A stretch of 51,547 bases of DNA from a virus. Taxonomy: Duplodnaviria; Caudoviricetes. The stretch's first letter is position 1, and each line of letters starts with the position of its first letter. Of this stretch, positions 19,003 through 27,508 are shown piece after piece. A model generated the notes under the pieces. The model saw nothing but the letters and a program-made list of their open reading frames with translations, was not told where the DNA came from and ran no database searches. The translations under genes were made by a program, and so were the position numbers. Where the stretch lies: positions 1-51,547 of IMG/VR virus record IMGVR_UViG_3300044799_000342. The stretch is one strand, 5' to 3'.

Positions 19003-19338
19003 TTAGAGGTCGGGGCAGTCGGGGTGGGTTAGGCGCCGCGATAGGCGACCTGCAGCCGCGATAGCCAGGGCGTCAAATAGGAAACTGGCCAGGCCGCCCA
19101 CGAATCCGCCGGTGCGGGTGGGCCGCAACGTGACGGTTCCCTTCCCGTAGGCGGCCTGGCCAAACGCGATCCACATGCCCGCGCAGACGTGGCAGTTCAC
19201 CAGTTCGCCCAGCAGGGGGTGGGTCTTGCCGGCCAGGTCGCGCACTGGCTCAAACAGGTCGGATTCGCACAGGAGCGTGGTGGCCTGATCGTTGACCAGG
19301 CCCGCCACGACAAGATGGCCGAGACCGGCCGTCCGCAC
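19003..19338 (-). CDS. DUF1360-like membrane protein with CxxC
   Basis: LF.PVR...LGELVNCHVCAGMWIA; hydrophobic segments. Confidence 0.65.
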   Translation of the reverse strand: MRTAGLGHLVVAGLVNDQATTLLCESDLFEPVRDLAGKTHPLLGELVNCHVCAGMWIAFGQAAYGKGTVTLRPTRTGGFVGGLASFLFDALAIAAAGRLSRRLTHPDCPDL

Positions 19339-19736
19339 TATTCGGCGGGCGTCTCGGCGGGCGGCGACACGGGCGGCGCAATGGCGTCAAGCGCTTGGTC
19401 GACGGCGTTCAACCGGTCGGCAGTCTCCTGAATCTGCGCGGCCGTGACAGGCACGCCGTTGGCGATCTGCGCGAGCAGGTCGGCGACCTGCGCCTGTAGG
19501 GTCGCCACTAGCGTCTTTGTCGCTGCCGTGTTGTCGGCAACGTTCTTGGCGTCGTCCTCAATGCGGGCGACGGCGTCCTGAAGGTTAGCGAACTCCTGGG
19601 TCATGCGATCCTCCTTGGCGTTTATCTCCGTGAGTTCGAACAGGATAGCAAGCAGGATCACTTCGACGCGTTCCTGGGCGTTCAGGCGGTGGCTGCCCTC
19701 GCGCGGGTCGAAGTAATCCTCGAAACGGTGGTGCAT
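19338..19736 (-). CDS. Coiled-coil hypothetical protein (second start at 19604)
   Basis: Heptad-rich C-terminal half; AAGGAGG SD before ATG 19604. Confidence 0.6.
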   Translation of the reverse strand: MHHRFEDYFDPREGSHRLNAQERVEVILLAILFELTEINAKEDRMTQEFANLQDAVARIEDDAKNVADNTAATKTLVATLQAQVADLLAQIANGVPVTAAQIQETADRLNAVDQALDAIAPPVSPPAETPAE

Positions 19737-19742
19737 GGCGCT

Positions 19743-19770
19743 ATTATAGGCCGTCCGGCGCGGCTGTCAA
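19743..19770 (-). promoter_or_regulatory. Consensus sigma70 promoter, likely leaderless
   Basis: TTGACA-16-TATAAT, ATG 6 nt downstream. Confidence 0.65.
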
Positions 19771-22010
19771 CGTGCCTCGCCAAACCAGTATTCCGGCGCC
19801 CCGCCGGCTACACTGGCTAGCAGTTCGGCCTTGTCGAACGTGACGTAACAGTGGCACACGTGCGGGTGCGCGGGCGGCCCCTGAATGCCTTCGTCAAAGA
19901 CACTCTCATACTGGAAGTCCGCCGCTACGGGGCCTTGGTCCATGTTGCTCTGGCAGATGTTGCAGGCCACGCCAGGGATCGCGATCCAATGCTTGCGCGT
20001 GAGGCCCACGGATGCCTGCTGCGCCAGGGCGGCGCTGGTGCTGGCAGCATTGATCTCGGTGTTGACGATGGATAGGGATCGGCCCCTGAATGTCTCGATC
20101 ACTCCACGTTGCACAGCATCTACCAGGATCGTGCGGGCAATCGACGGCGAAGAAATGCCGGCGTCGACGCCGCCCAGTATCTTTTGCGTGATGAAGAACT
20201 TGGTGCCCTCGTCCACCCGCGTCACCAGTTGCGCGCCGCGTTCGGCGATCTGCCCCAGTGTGGCGGGGTCTTTCAGCACGGCGGTGGTGACGGCAAGGGC
20301 GGGGCTGCTGACCACACCAGCGATATGCAGGGCATCCTGTATCTCCTGCGCCGATTCCAGTAGACCCTCGCCGTAGGCCAGGGACAGGCAATTCGCCACT
20401 CGTTGGCCGATGTCGGGTGTCTTCCACCAGTCGGCATGCTCAAGCAGATCGCGGATCGCCATGGCAGCGGGGCTATCCTGGGCGGCGCGTTGCTTGCTGG
20501 CCTCCTTGGTGGCGGCCGCCAGGCCGGCGTCGAGCAAATCGCCGATCCGGCCCTTGGTGACGGAGCGGGCGATCCCGTTCATCCACGGGCCGACGATCTT
20601 GCCCAGTTCGCGGGCGGCCTTGCTAGAGGTAGGGAAGGCGCGAGGCGGAATCTTGTCGCCCCGCTCCTGCGGGGCTGGGGCTTTTGGGCTGGCGCGTCGG
20701 CCCTGCTGGGCCTGGGTTTCGCCCGTGGTGGTGGGCGCCTTCTGGCCGGTTGGCTGGGTGGCGGCGCCTTCCGGTGCAGCTGGCGCGGCCGCCTGCACCG
20801 GCGGCGTCTCTACCGGCGGGGCGGTCAGTTCTTCAGGCACTTCGACGGTGATAATGCCGTCAGCGATTGCTTGCTGTAGCGCGATATGCGACGGCAGACC
20901 AGCGGCCGTCACCAGGTTGCCCAGGGCCATGGATGTTTGATTCTTGGCTGCGGCCTTGCGCACCACGTCTTCCAGTTCGATGTCGGCCCATTTGAACTCG
21001 GCGCCGTCGGGCAGCACGTCCATGTCGAGGCGCTGCTTGATCCGTTTCAACAGGTGGGCCAGCCCTTGGCGTTTCGATAGGTCGATGATCCTCGTGGCGC
21101 CGGCCACGCGCAGTTGATCGTTGAACAGGCCGAGGTCGCCGGTGTTCATGCCGAAGGCAGCGCACACCATCTCGGCGTAGCGCCTAACCAGTTCGGGCAG
21201 TTCAGCCTGGGCGGCCGAGGTGCCGAAACTGATGAACTGCGCCGGCGCGGCGGTTTCCTTGTCGCGCCCCTCGGCGGTAAGGATCGGCACCTTGAGGCTG
21301 TCGATGCCCGCCAGCATGGTTTTCCAGCTCGCCAGCCAATCGACCGCCTCGTCATGCGACATGCCCATGACGTCCAGGATGCCAGGGGGCGGGTTGTCGG
21401 TAAGGAGCGTCTGCCAGAAGCGGTCGCTGCGCAGCAATCCTTGGATCGCGGCCAGGCAGTCCATGCAGGGCGTGCGCGTCCAGCCGTAGAACCTGATCTC
21501 GGGCCTGGGCATCCACTTGATGCGCGACACTTCGGTGGCGCGGAACAACCTAGGGTCAAGGTTGCCCTGGGTGGGGTGCACCATGGCGTAGGGAAAGTCT
21601 TTGTTGTAGGTGGGCCGCAAAAGCCCGCCGTCCAGGTGCGCCGTCCAGGCCGTGCCGCCGCCGGGATAACTGCCAATCTCCCAGGCACCGCCGAAGGGCA
21701 CGGTGAGTGCGTCTTCCAACACGCGGGCGATCATGTTCTCAAAGCCGCTGCCGTCGTCTGCCTGGCCCAGCACCAGTTCGAAGTATTTGCCCTCCTCCTT
21801 ATCGTCGTCGACGATCTCCCAGTTCAGGCCGGTGATCTGCATGATCAGGGTGGCGATGCAGCTGCGCACCACGGGTGCGGCGCCGACCAGGTGGCGCCAC
21901 TGTTGACTGCTGAGGGCGATGGGATCGTAGAACGTGATGGGCGTGCGGCTGAGGAAGGCCGGTTCGCGGTAGCCCTTGCCTTTGGGTTCGGCCGGCGCGT
22001 TGGCTGGCAT
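19767..22010 (-). CDS. Portal protein fused to MuF/gp7-like head morphogenesis domain
   Basis: Portal-like N-terminus (PPGIL, CAAFGM); C-terminal NTE...KHW...C.IC..N...PPAHP.C.C. Confidence 0.8.
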   Translation of the reverse strand: MPANAPAEPKGKGYREPAFLSRTPITFYDPIALSSQQWRHLVGAAPVVRSCIATLIMQITGLNWEIVDDDKEEGKYFELVLGQADDGSGFENMIARVLEDALTVPFGGAWEIGSYPGGGTAWTAHLDGGLLRPTYNKDFPYAMVHPTQGNLDPRLFRATEVSRIKWMPRPEIRFYGWTRTPCMDCLAAIQGLLRSDRFWQTLLTDNPPPGILDVMGMSHDEAVDWLASWKTMLAGIDSLKVPILTAEGRDKETAAPAQFISFGTSAAQAELPELVRRYAEMVCAAFGMNTGDLGLFNDQLRVAGATRIIDLSKRQGLAHLLKRIKQRLDMDVLPDGAEFKWADIELEDVVRKAAAKNQTSMALGNLVTAAGLPSHIALQQAIADGIITVEVPEELTAPPVETPPVQAAAPAAPEGAATQPTGQKAPTTTGETQAQQGRRASPKAPAPQERGDKIPPRAFPTSSKAARELGKIVGPWMNGIARSVTKGRIGDLLDAGLAAATKEASKQRAAQDSPAAMAIRDLLEHADWWKTPDIGQRVANCLSLAYGEGLLESAQEIQDALHIAGVVSSPALAVTTAVLKDPATLGQIAERGAQLVTRVDEGTKFFITQKILGGVDAGISSPSIARTILVDAVQRGVIETFRGRSLSIVNTEINAASTSAALAQQASVGLTRKHWIAIPGVACNICQSNMDQGPVAADFQYESVFDEGIQGPPAHPHVCHCYVTFDKAELLASVAGGAPEYWFGEAR

Positions 22011-22102
22011 GGCGGCTCCTTGGCAAAGTAGGGGCGGGCAGTCCGCTTGGCGGACGGCGCCCACAGCCCGCCGGCGGGAGATATGTCCGCCCGCCCGCCT
22101 AT

Positions 22103-22124
22103 ATGGTCGACGGTTGGGCCAAGG
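22103..22124 (-). promoter_or_regulatory. Putative late promoter upstream of portal
   Basis: GTCGACCAT at 22103-22111 with CCT 10 nt upstream. Confidence 0.65.
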
Positions 22125-22127
22125 GCA

Positions 22128-22376
22128 TCATAGCATCTTTGCCTGGGCGGTGTAGGCCAGCACGCCGGGCGCCAGCCGCGCCAGCCGGTCGATCACGCCC
22201 TCGTGGAACCACCAGGTTTTCGCAGTATCATCCCAGGCGCGCAGGGCAGCGGGGATCAGCGCCTTGAGCCGGCGCAGACCCACTTCGTCGTAGCGGAACT
22301 GGACGCACCATCCTGGCGTGCCCTGGGCGTTGCCGCAGGGCCACGCCTTCTGCACGTGCAGCTGGGCGGTGCTCAC
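22128..22376 (-). CDS. Hypothetical protein (HARP-like R.WD...K.W)
   Basis: F.YD...LK..IP...RAWDDTAKTWW. Confidence 0.55.
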   Translation of the reverse strand: MSTAQLHVQKAWPCGNAQGTPGWCVQFRYDEVGLRRLKALIPAALRAWDDTAKTWWFHEGVIDRLARLAPGVLAYTAQAKML

Positions 22377-22735
22377 CGCATATCCCCGAAGACCTGGGCG
22401 AGGAGCGGCCCCTCAGGATCGTATCCTAATTCGACTAAGCGGTCTGCTGGCATCGACATTCGGGAGGCTTCGGGAAAGAAGGGGCAGGGCATTTCGTGGA
22501 TCACGCCATAAAGTTGGCAGGTGATCGGCCGGACGGGGTAGATCGCACACCTCTTGTCAGTGCCCAGGAAGCCGCAGGTTATCCAGTCGCGCGCTTTCCA
22601 GACGATATCGCGCTCTATCATCCAGGCCGCAATCCTGTCCGCTTCGCGGGCCGTACAACCTACCGGCCCGCAGCAGCGGCCGCAGCCGTCGCATTGGGGC
22701 ATGTCGGGAATGATTATGAGGGGATCGTAGTACAT
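22373..22735 (-). CDS. YkgJ-like CxxCxxCC protein
   Basis: CDGCGRCC...CGFL...CAIYPVRPITCQLY; TAATG overlap. Confidence 0.8.
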   Translation of the reverse strand: MYYDPLIIIPDMPQCDGCGRCCGPVGCTAREADRIAAWMIERDIVWKARDWITCGFLGTDKRCAIYPVRPITCQLYGVIHEMPCPFFPEASRMSMPADRLVELGYDPEGPLLAQVFGDMR

Positions 22736-22905
22736 TATGCCTTCTTGAGGCACCACAGCATCGTTAGGATCGGCTCGCCGTTGTACTCAACCAGCACCCG
22801 CCGGCGCGGCAGGAACCGCAGGACGCGCAGCCTGGTGCCGTGGGGTATGCGCGAACCGTAGACCCGCGTCCAGCGGTCGCCCTTGAAGGTGCGGTACTGG
22901 ATCAC
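22735..22905 (-). CDS. Small hypothetical protein
   Basis: GTGA/TAATG coupling with neighbours. Confidence 0.45.
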   Translation of the reverse strand: MIQYRTFKGDRWTRVYGSRIPHGTRLRVLRFLPRRRVLVEYNGEPILTMLWCLKKA

Positions 22906-23294
22906 CGGCGGGGTTTCCTGAACACGATCACGTAGCCTTCGGGGCGGTTGTCCCGCTTCTCCTGCCACACCACGTCAACGTCGTCACGGCCCACCAGGGC
23001 CAGAACGTCGGGCGGCCCCTTCGTCCATTTTACCTTCGGTGCCTGGAAGCCAGGGGGTAGGCTGCGCGGCGGTTCGTGGTAGTAGCAGCGCCAGACGTGG
23101 GCGCGCATCTGCATGGCGCGCCGGCACAGGGGATCGGGGCAGCGCGGCGCCACCGATGCCTGGTGCAGTTCCGAGGGGCGCAGGCCCACCAGTTCCGGTT
23201 CGTGCGCAAGCAGCCACAGCGTCCACGGGTTCAGCAGGCCGTAGGTGCTAAGGTAACTGCCACGATCTAGTTCAGGCGGCGGTGCGCTTGACAC
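22902..23294 (-). CDS. Hypothetical Zn-binding protein
   Basis: CPDPLC...C..H; TAGTG overlap. Confidence 0.5.
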   Translation of the reverse strand: MSSAPPPELDRGSYLSTYGLLNPWTLWLLAHEPELVGLRPSELHQASVAPRCPDPLCRRAMQMRAHVWRCYYHEPPRSLPPGFQAPKVKWTKGPPDVLALVGRDDVDVVWQEKRDNRPEGYVIVFRKPRR

Positions 23295-23401
23295 TAGGCG
23301 ATCCCCCGTTCCAGTTTGATCCGCTCGTGGGCCTCGTTTAGGGCCTTCATGGCATCGGCGTCGCCCCCCTTGTCGGGGTGCAGGTCGTGCGCGCAAGGGG
23401 A
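23294..23401 (-). pseudogene. DnaJ-domain fragment (HPD) in frame after the terminase stop
   Basis: Reads SPCAHDLHPDKGGDADAMKALNEAHERIKLERGIA*; no start codon upstream of the HPD. Confidence 0.55.
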
Positions 23402-25396
23402 TCAGCCCACGAATTCCTGCTTGCCGCCCAGCTTGAGGGCGCCGTACACCGCGCCCGCTACGGCGTCCACCACGTCTTTGCTGCCCCGTTCGGCGTGATC
23501 GACCTTCTTGCCGCGCACCAGGTTGAGGGCCTTGGCTTCGCGCTGCAGCGGTTCGTAGGAGTAAAAGGAAACCTGGTCGGTGTTGATCAATTCCTGCAGC
23601 GTGTCGTGGCCCAGGGTGTCGCGGTCAAGGCTGAACTGCCCCACGCGGTAGCCGTCATGGCGAAACTGCTGCAGGCTATCGAGCGATTGCCAGCCGTCGT
23701 ACGTCACGCGCCCGCCCTTCACGTTGAAGTTGCGATCCTGCCAGTCGCGGATCAGTTGGCGCACGTACTCAAAGCTGATCTCGCCCTTCTCCTCGCGCCG
23801 CGCCGGTGGCCTGATCTGCAGGGCCGCGTCCAACACGATCTTGCGGGCCTTGGGGTTCGGTTCGCCGTTCACCTGGGCGTGGTAGGGGCAGCCAGGCACC
23901 GGCTTGTGCGCCATGGCCAGGCCACAGGCGTCGCGGGTAAGGCCCAGGTCGACGTGCACAAACCGCTTGCTGGGGCAGCAGGGCTTGAACCACGGTTCCA
24001 ACTGCATGGCCGCGTTGTAGGGGTGCCGGCGCTCGGGGTCGGGTTGGCGATCCCAACGGGCGGGATCGGGATAGTAGGCTTCGCGGGCGGTGGGTGGGCG
24101 GGCGCCGAAATCGCGCCAGAAGGCGCGCGGGTTGCTGTCGCCGTCGAACATCTCCCATAGTTGATCCTGGGTGAAGTTCTTGTTGGCTTCCCAGGTGGCC
24201 AGTTGCAACCCGAACATGCGCGGGTGGGCCTGTCGGCCCTCGGCGTCGACCTTCAACGCGTCTTCCAGCAGGCGCATGGCCTTGTCGCGTTCCCATTCGG
24301 GACTGGACAGCACCAGCACGCGGCCGGCGTCCTTGAAGGTAGCCGTGGTGGCGCTCATCTGGTCGTACACCGTGTCGGCGTTGTCGCGGCCCTCGGTATC
24401 CTTGAACCGCGCCAGTTCGTCGAGGATCACCATGAAACTGGTGGCGCCCACCTGGCTGGTGGCCTTGCTGTGGCCGCAACGGATAACGATGTTCTTCGGC
24501 AGCCTGATTTCCAAACCGCTGATCTGTGCCTGGGGGCGCAGTTGGGCAAACCATTCGCCGCCGGTATCGAGGCGATCCTTGATGTGCTTGAACACGTTGT
24601 TGCGGGCCTGGCGCTCGCTGGGGGCCAGGTTGACGATCTGAATCTCCTGGTTGGGTGCTAGACCGTAGTATGCCTGAGGGTCGGCCAGGGCGAGTAGTTG
24701 ATAGACCGCATACCACACCACCACGCTGCCGATCACGCCCTTTCCGCTGCGCATGCCGCACACCAGGATCAGCGTGCGGTAGTCGTTGGTGGGGTTCATG
24801 AATTCCACCAGCACGCTTTCCTGCATCGGGAAGGTGCGCCTGATGTTGCCCAGGCCGCAGTAGGCGGGATCGCTGGCGAAGGTAAGGGCGTCGACCTGGC
24901 CGCCCAGGCCGGCGCTGGTGGCCGGCCCACCTGGTGTCAGCAGGCCGGCGATCTCGGGCTGGCCGCCGTCGATCATGGCCTGCTGCATATTGACGAAGAA
25001 GGGCGGCGAATCAACCCGCACGCCCAGGGCGCGCGCTATGTCGTCGGTGGCGTCGCTTGCAATCATCAGGCCCCGCATGCGGGCCTGGGCGGTGAGGCCG
25101 GCGTTCTGGTGGTCGATCATGGCCAGGCGGGCGATCTCCCGCTTCATGCCGATGTACTGCGACAGCACCGGCAGGCCCAGCACGGCGCGCACCTCAGCCT
25201 GGTCGTGCTTATGGATTTCCACTAGGTCGTCTTGAATGAGTTTGTAGGGGGCTTGCTGGCCGGCGAGCAGCGTGGGTAGTTCTGTGAGCAACCGTTCAAG
25301 GATGCCAGCGGGCGTGTAACCCATGAGGTCAAGCTGGCGCACGTGCCGGCGGCGCTCAGCGATGTCTTCGGCGGATTTGCGGACGTAGGACGCCAT
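23402..25396 (-). CDS. terL: Terminase large subunit with TerS-like N-terminal extension
   Basis: Walker A GMRSGKG, Walker B VILDE, nuclease HVDLG..D and KVDH...SKDVVD. Confidence 0.9.
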   Translation of the reverse strand: MASYVRKSAEDIAERRRHVRQLDLMGYTPAGILERLLTELPTLLAGQQAPYKLIQDDLVEIHKHDQAEVRAVLGLPVLSQYIGMKREIARLAMIDHQNAGLTAQARMRGLMIASDATDDIARALGVRVDSPPFFVNMQQAMIDGGQPEIAGLLTPGGPATSAGLGGQVDALTFASDPAYCGLGNIRRTFPMQESVLVEFMNPTNDYRTLILVCGMRSGKGVIGSVVVWYAVYQLLALADPQAYYGLAPNQEIQIVNLAPSERQARNNVFKHIKDRLDTGGEWFAQLRPQAQISGLEIRLPKNIVIRCGHSKATSQVGATSFMVILDELARFKDTEGRDNADTVYDQMSATTATFKDAGRVLVLSSPEWERDKAMRLLEDALKVDAEGRQAHPRMFGLQLATWEANKNFTQDQLWEMFDGDSNPRAFWRDFGARPPTAREAYYPDPARWDRQPDPERRHPYNAAMQLEPWFKPCCPSKRFVHVDLGLTRDACGLAMAHKPVPGCPYHAQVNGEPNPKARKIVLDAALQIRPPARREEKGEISFEYVRQLIRDWQDRNFNVKGGRVTYDGWQSLDSLQQFRHDGYRVGQFSLDRDTLGHDTLQELINTDQVSFYSYEPLQREAKALNLVRGKKVDHAERGSKDVVDAVAGAVYGALKLGGKQEFVG

Positions 25397-25447
25397 CGGG
25401 CAGTATTTTACACCATCCAGAGCCTCAGGCTACAGCCGGCGAACGTG

Positions 25448-25506
25448 TGCTGCATTTTGCACCACAGTCGGCCTTCCGCCGCGCCCTTGTGGTGCAAAAT
25501 GCAGCA
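25448..25506. repeat. Perfect 19-bp inverted repeat with 21-bp spacer upstream of terminase
   Basis: TGCTGCATTTTGCACCACA ... TGTGGTGCAAAATGCAGCA. Confidence 0.9.
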
Positions 25507-25612
25507 GGCGAAGAACTTGCTAAAGCTAGCCGCAGTGGATTTCGAAGGTTTTCTTAGGCATCAGGATGTCCGGCCAGCGCGGCGTTCGCGGGATTGGAGA
25601 TAGGCGAGATAT

Positions 25613-26104
25613 TCAGCACTGTGCCATGCGCCCATTCTTTCGATCACCCGTTCTGGCCTGCCCCGTGGACGACCAGGGGCCGTGTCGTTCCAGGGCCATC
25701 ACGAAAATGTGCAGCCGCTCGGCTTCGGCCCGTTCCGGCACCGCCTCGTCGGCGCGGCAGAAATAGCGGTCGGGCCTGATCCGCTGCATCACGTCGCAAA
25801 GCGAATCCGCTGTGTCAAGGCCGACAATGCGCCACACGGCCCGGAGGCCCCCGAGAATGGAACACCGATCAGGCCAGGGCAAAAACGGCCGCCCTTCGCC
25901 TTTAAGGGTCGCGACACGGGCATCGCTATCGACTCCCACCACCAACAGGTCGCAGAGTGACGCCGCTTCCTCAAGCATGGCCACGTGGCCAGGGTGCAAG
26001 AGGTCGTAGCAGCCGTTCGTGATCCCGATAGTGGGGCGAGGCTTATCCGTGCGCCGCCGCACCACGTCCTGGGCCAGTTCCGCCAGGCTAACCGGCTGCT
26101 GCAC
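25613..26104 (-). CDS. Heptose-1-phosphate nucleotidyltransferase (HldE domain II/HldC-like)
   Basis: TNGCYDLLHPGH, VVGVDSD, LKGEGRP, C-terminal SST; GTG with GGAGG SD. Confidence 0.88.
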   Translation of the reverse strand: MQQPVSLAELAQDVVRRRTDKPRPTIGITNGCYDLLHPGHVAMLEEAASLCDLLVVGVDSDARVATLKGEGRPFLPWPDRCSILGGLRAVWRIVGLDTADSLCDVMQRIRPDRYFCRADEAVPERAEAERLHIFVMALERHGPWSSTGQARTGDRKNGRMAQC

Positions 26105-26927
26105 AGATTTCCTCCCAACTGACGACGGCACCGAATTCCGGTTTGCGGATGCGCAGACCAGCCGCCACGGCGGCCAGGTGCAGCGCATCCTGCCGGTTCA
26201 ACTTGGCAGCACCCAGGGCAGCGGCCACATAACTGGACAGGAACACGTCGCCAGCGCCGCTGGTGTTGAGGATCGGCCGGTTGTCCAACAGGGCCGGCAC
26301 CCGCAACACGCCACCATCGGCCACCAGTATAGCGCCGGCAGGGCCGCGCGTTATCAGCAGGCGCGTGCCGTCAAGGCCCAGGCCCGCCTGTAGAGCGAAC
26401 AGTTCCGCGTCACTGGGTTCGGGCAGCAGATTAAGGCCCAGGTCGATCCCGCTCACCTTCACCACGTCGAAACCATCCCAACCGGTGGCGGGGATCACGC
26501 GGCTGTCGCCCACCAGCCGGCAGCCAAGGCCGCGCAGGTAGGCCATCAGGTCGGCGTCGGGCGGTTGGCCCTGGTAGTCCACGAATACGGCGGCGGCGAA
26601 GCTATAGGTGCCGGCGGGCGGGCAGTTGCCGGTGGCACGCTGCGGCCAGGCATCGTCTACGCGGAATACCTGGTGCCCCTCGTGGGCCACGTAGCGCGTC
26701 TTCGAAATCTCGGCCAGGGGCCGCAGATCGTTGGGCACGCCCAGGGCGTGCAGTTGGTTGGCGACGTAGGCGGCGCAGCCTGGGGATTGCCGGCCGTCGG
26801 TAGAAACAAAAACCGGCAGGGGCGCTTCCCGCGAAAGGCGGGCGGCCTCTGCCGGTATGGTCACGTCATCGCACACGTCGCCGATAACGAGGACTGTTCC
26901 GCAACCCTCCCAGGGTGGCGGCTTCAT
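26088..26927 (-). CDS. Heptose-7-phosphate kinase (HldE domain I/HldA-like, PfkB family)
   Basis: VLVIGD, RLSREAPLPV, KTRY...RVD, ITRG..G, SGAGDVF. Confidence 0.85.
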   Translation of the reverse strand: MKPPPWEGCGTVLVIGDVCDDVTIPAEAARLSREAPLPVFVSTDGRQSPGCAAYVANQLHALGVPNDLRPLAEISKTRYVAHEGHQVFRVDDAWPQRATGNCPPAGTYSFAAAVFVDYQGQPPDADLMAYLRGLGCRLVGDSRVIPATGWDGFDVVKVSGIDLGLNLLPEPSDAELFALQAGLGLDGTRLLITRGPAGAILVADGGVLRVPALLDNRPILNTSGAGDVFLSSYVAAALGAAKLNRQDALHLAAVAAGLRIRKPEFGAVVSWEEICAAAG

Positions 26928-27157
26928 GCAGCCTTGCCCTTTTCCCTGCGCCGCCCATCGCGCTGCCTGTAGCGGTGCGCCAGGCCCAGCAGGGCCAGGC
27001 CCAGCATTTCGGGGTGCTGGATCGGCTGCAGGCCGTTTTCCCAGCGGCTCATGGTATTGGGGCCAAGGCCCAGGTCGGCCGATATGGCAGCCTGGCTCTT
27101 GCCCCAGCGCTGGCGGAAGTCGCACAGCATTTCGGGGGTCGCCACAGCTCGTTTCAT
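26924..27157 (-). CDS. XRE/Cro-type HTH regulator
   Basis: R.RWGKSQ..IS.DLG...NTMSRWENG. Confidence 0.85.
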   Translation of the reverse strand: MKRAVATPEMLCDFRQRWGKSQAAISADLGLGPNTMSRWENGLQPIQHPEMLGLALLGLAHRYRQRDGRRREKGKAA

Positions 27158-27177
27158 GCCCACCCTCCTGACGCCCC

Positions 27178-27206
27178 ATTATGCCGCCACGGCCAGGTGG
27201 CGTCAA
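27178..27206 (-). promoter_or_regulatory. Promoter of HTH gene with degenerate operator
   Basis: TTGACG-17-CATAAT with operator core CCGTGGCGG in the spacer. Confidence 0.65.
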
Positions 27207-27508
27207 GCGGGCTGGGCCGGCCCCACCATGAAGTCGGGCAGGGGCCTATGCTGGCCGCGTGCGGCGGCCAGGCCAACGTGCCACCATTGGCCCTCGTCGT
27301 ACTGCAGGCGCCCGCCGCACACTGTGCATTGTCGGCCGCTGCCGGCCAGGGCGTCGCGCCGGCGCCCCTGCGCTAGTACGTCCTCCATCCGTTCGTCTAG
27401 CATTTCCTGCCGGCCCACCGCCTTGCCGTAGGTGAACCATATCCACGAGATGATGGCCACCACGACCAGCAGGCCGATCAGTGCGATCCCGTCGAATCCG
27501 TTAAGCAT
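27203..27508 (-). CDS. Membrane-anchored Zn-ribbon hypothetical protein
   Basis: N-terminal TM; CTVC...H. Confidence 0.55.
   Translation of the reverse strand: MLNGFDGIALIGLLVVVAIISWIWFTYGKAVGRQEMLDERMEDVLAQGRRRDALAGSGRQCTVCGGRLQYDEGQWWHVGLAAARGQHRPLPDFMVGPAQPA

Noticed and set aside
23294-23404. Genome-wide stop-codon reassignment
   Set aside because: Only one suggestive case; genes are intact in code 11, and TGA, TAG and TAA all end genes, often in start-stop overlaps
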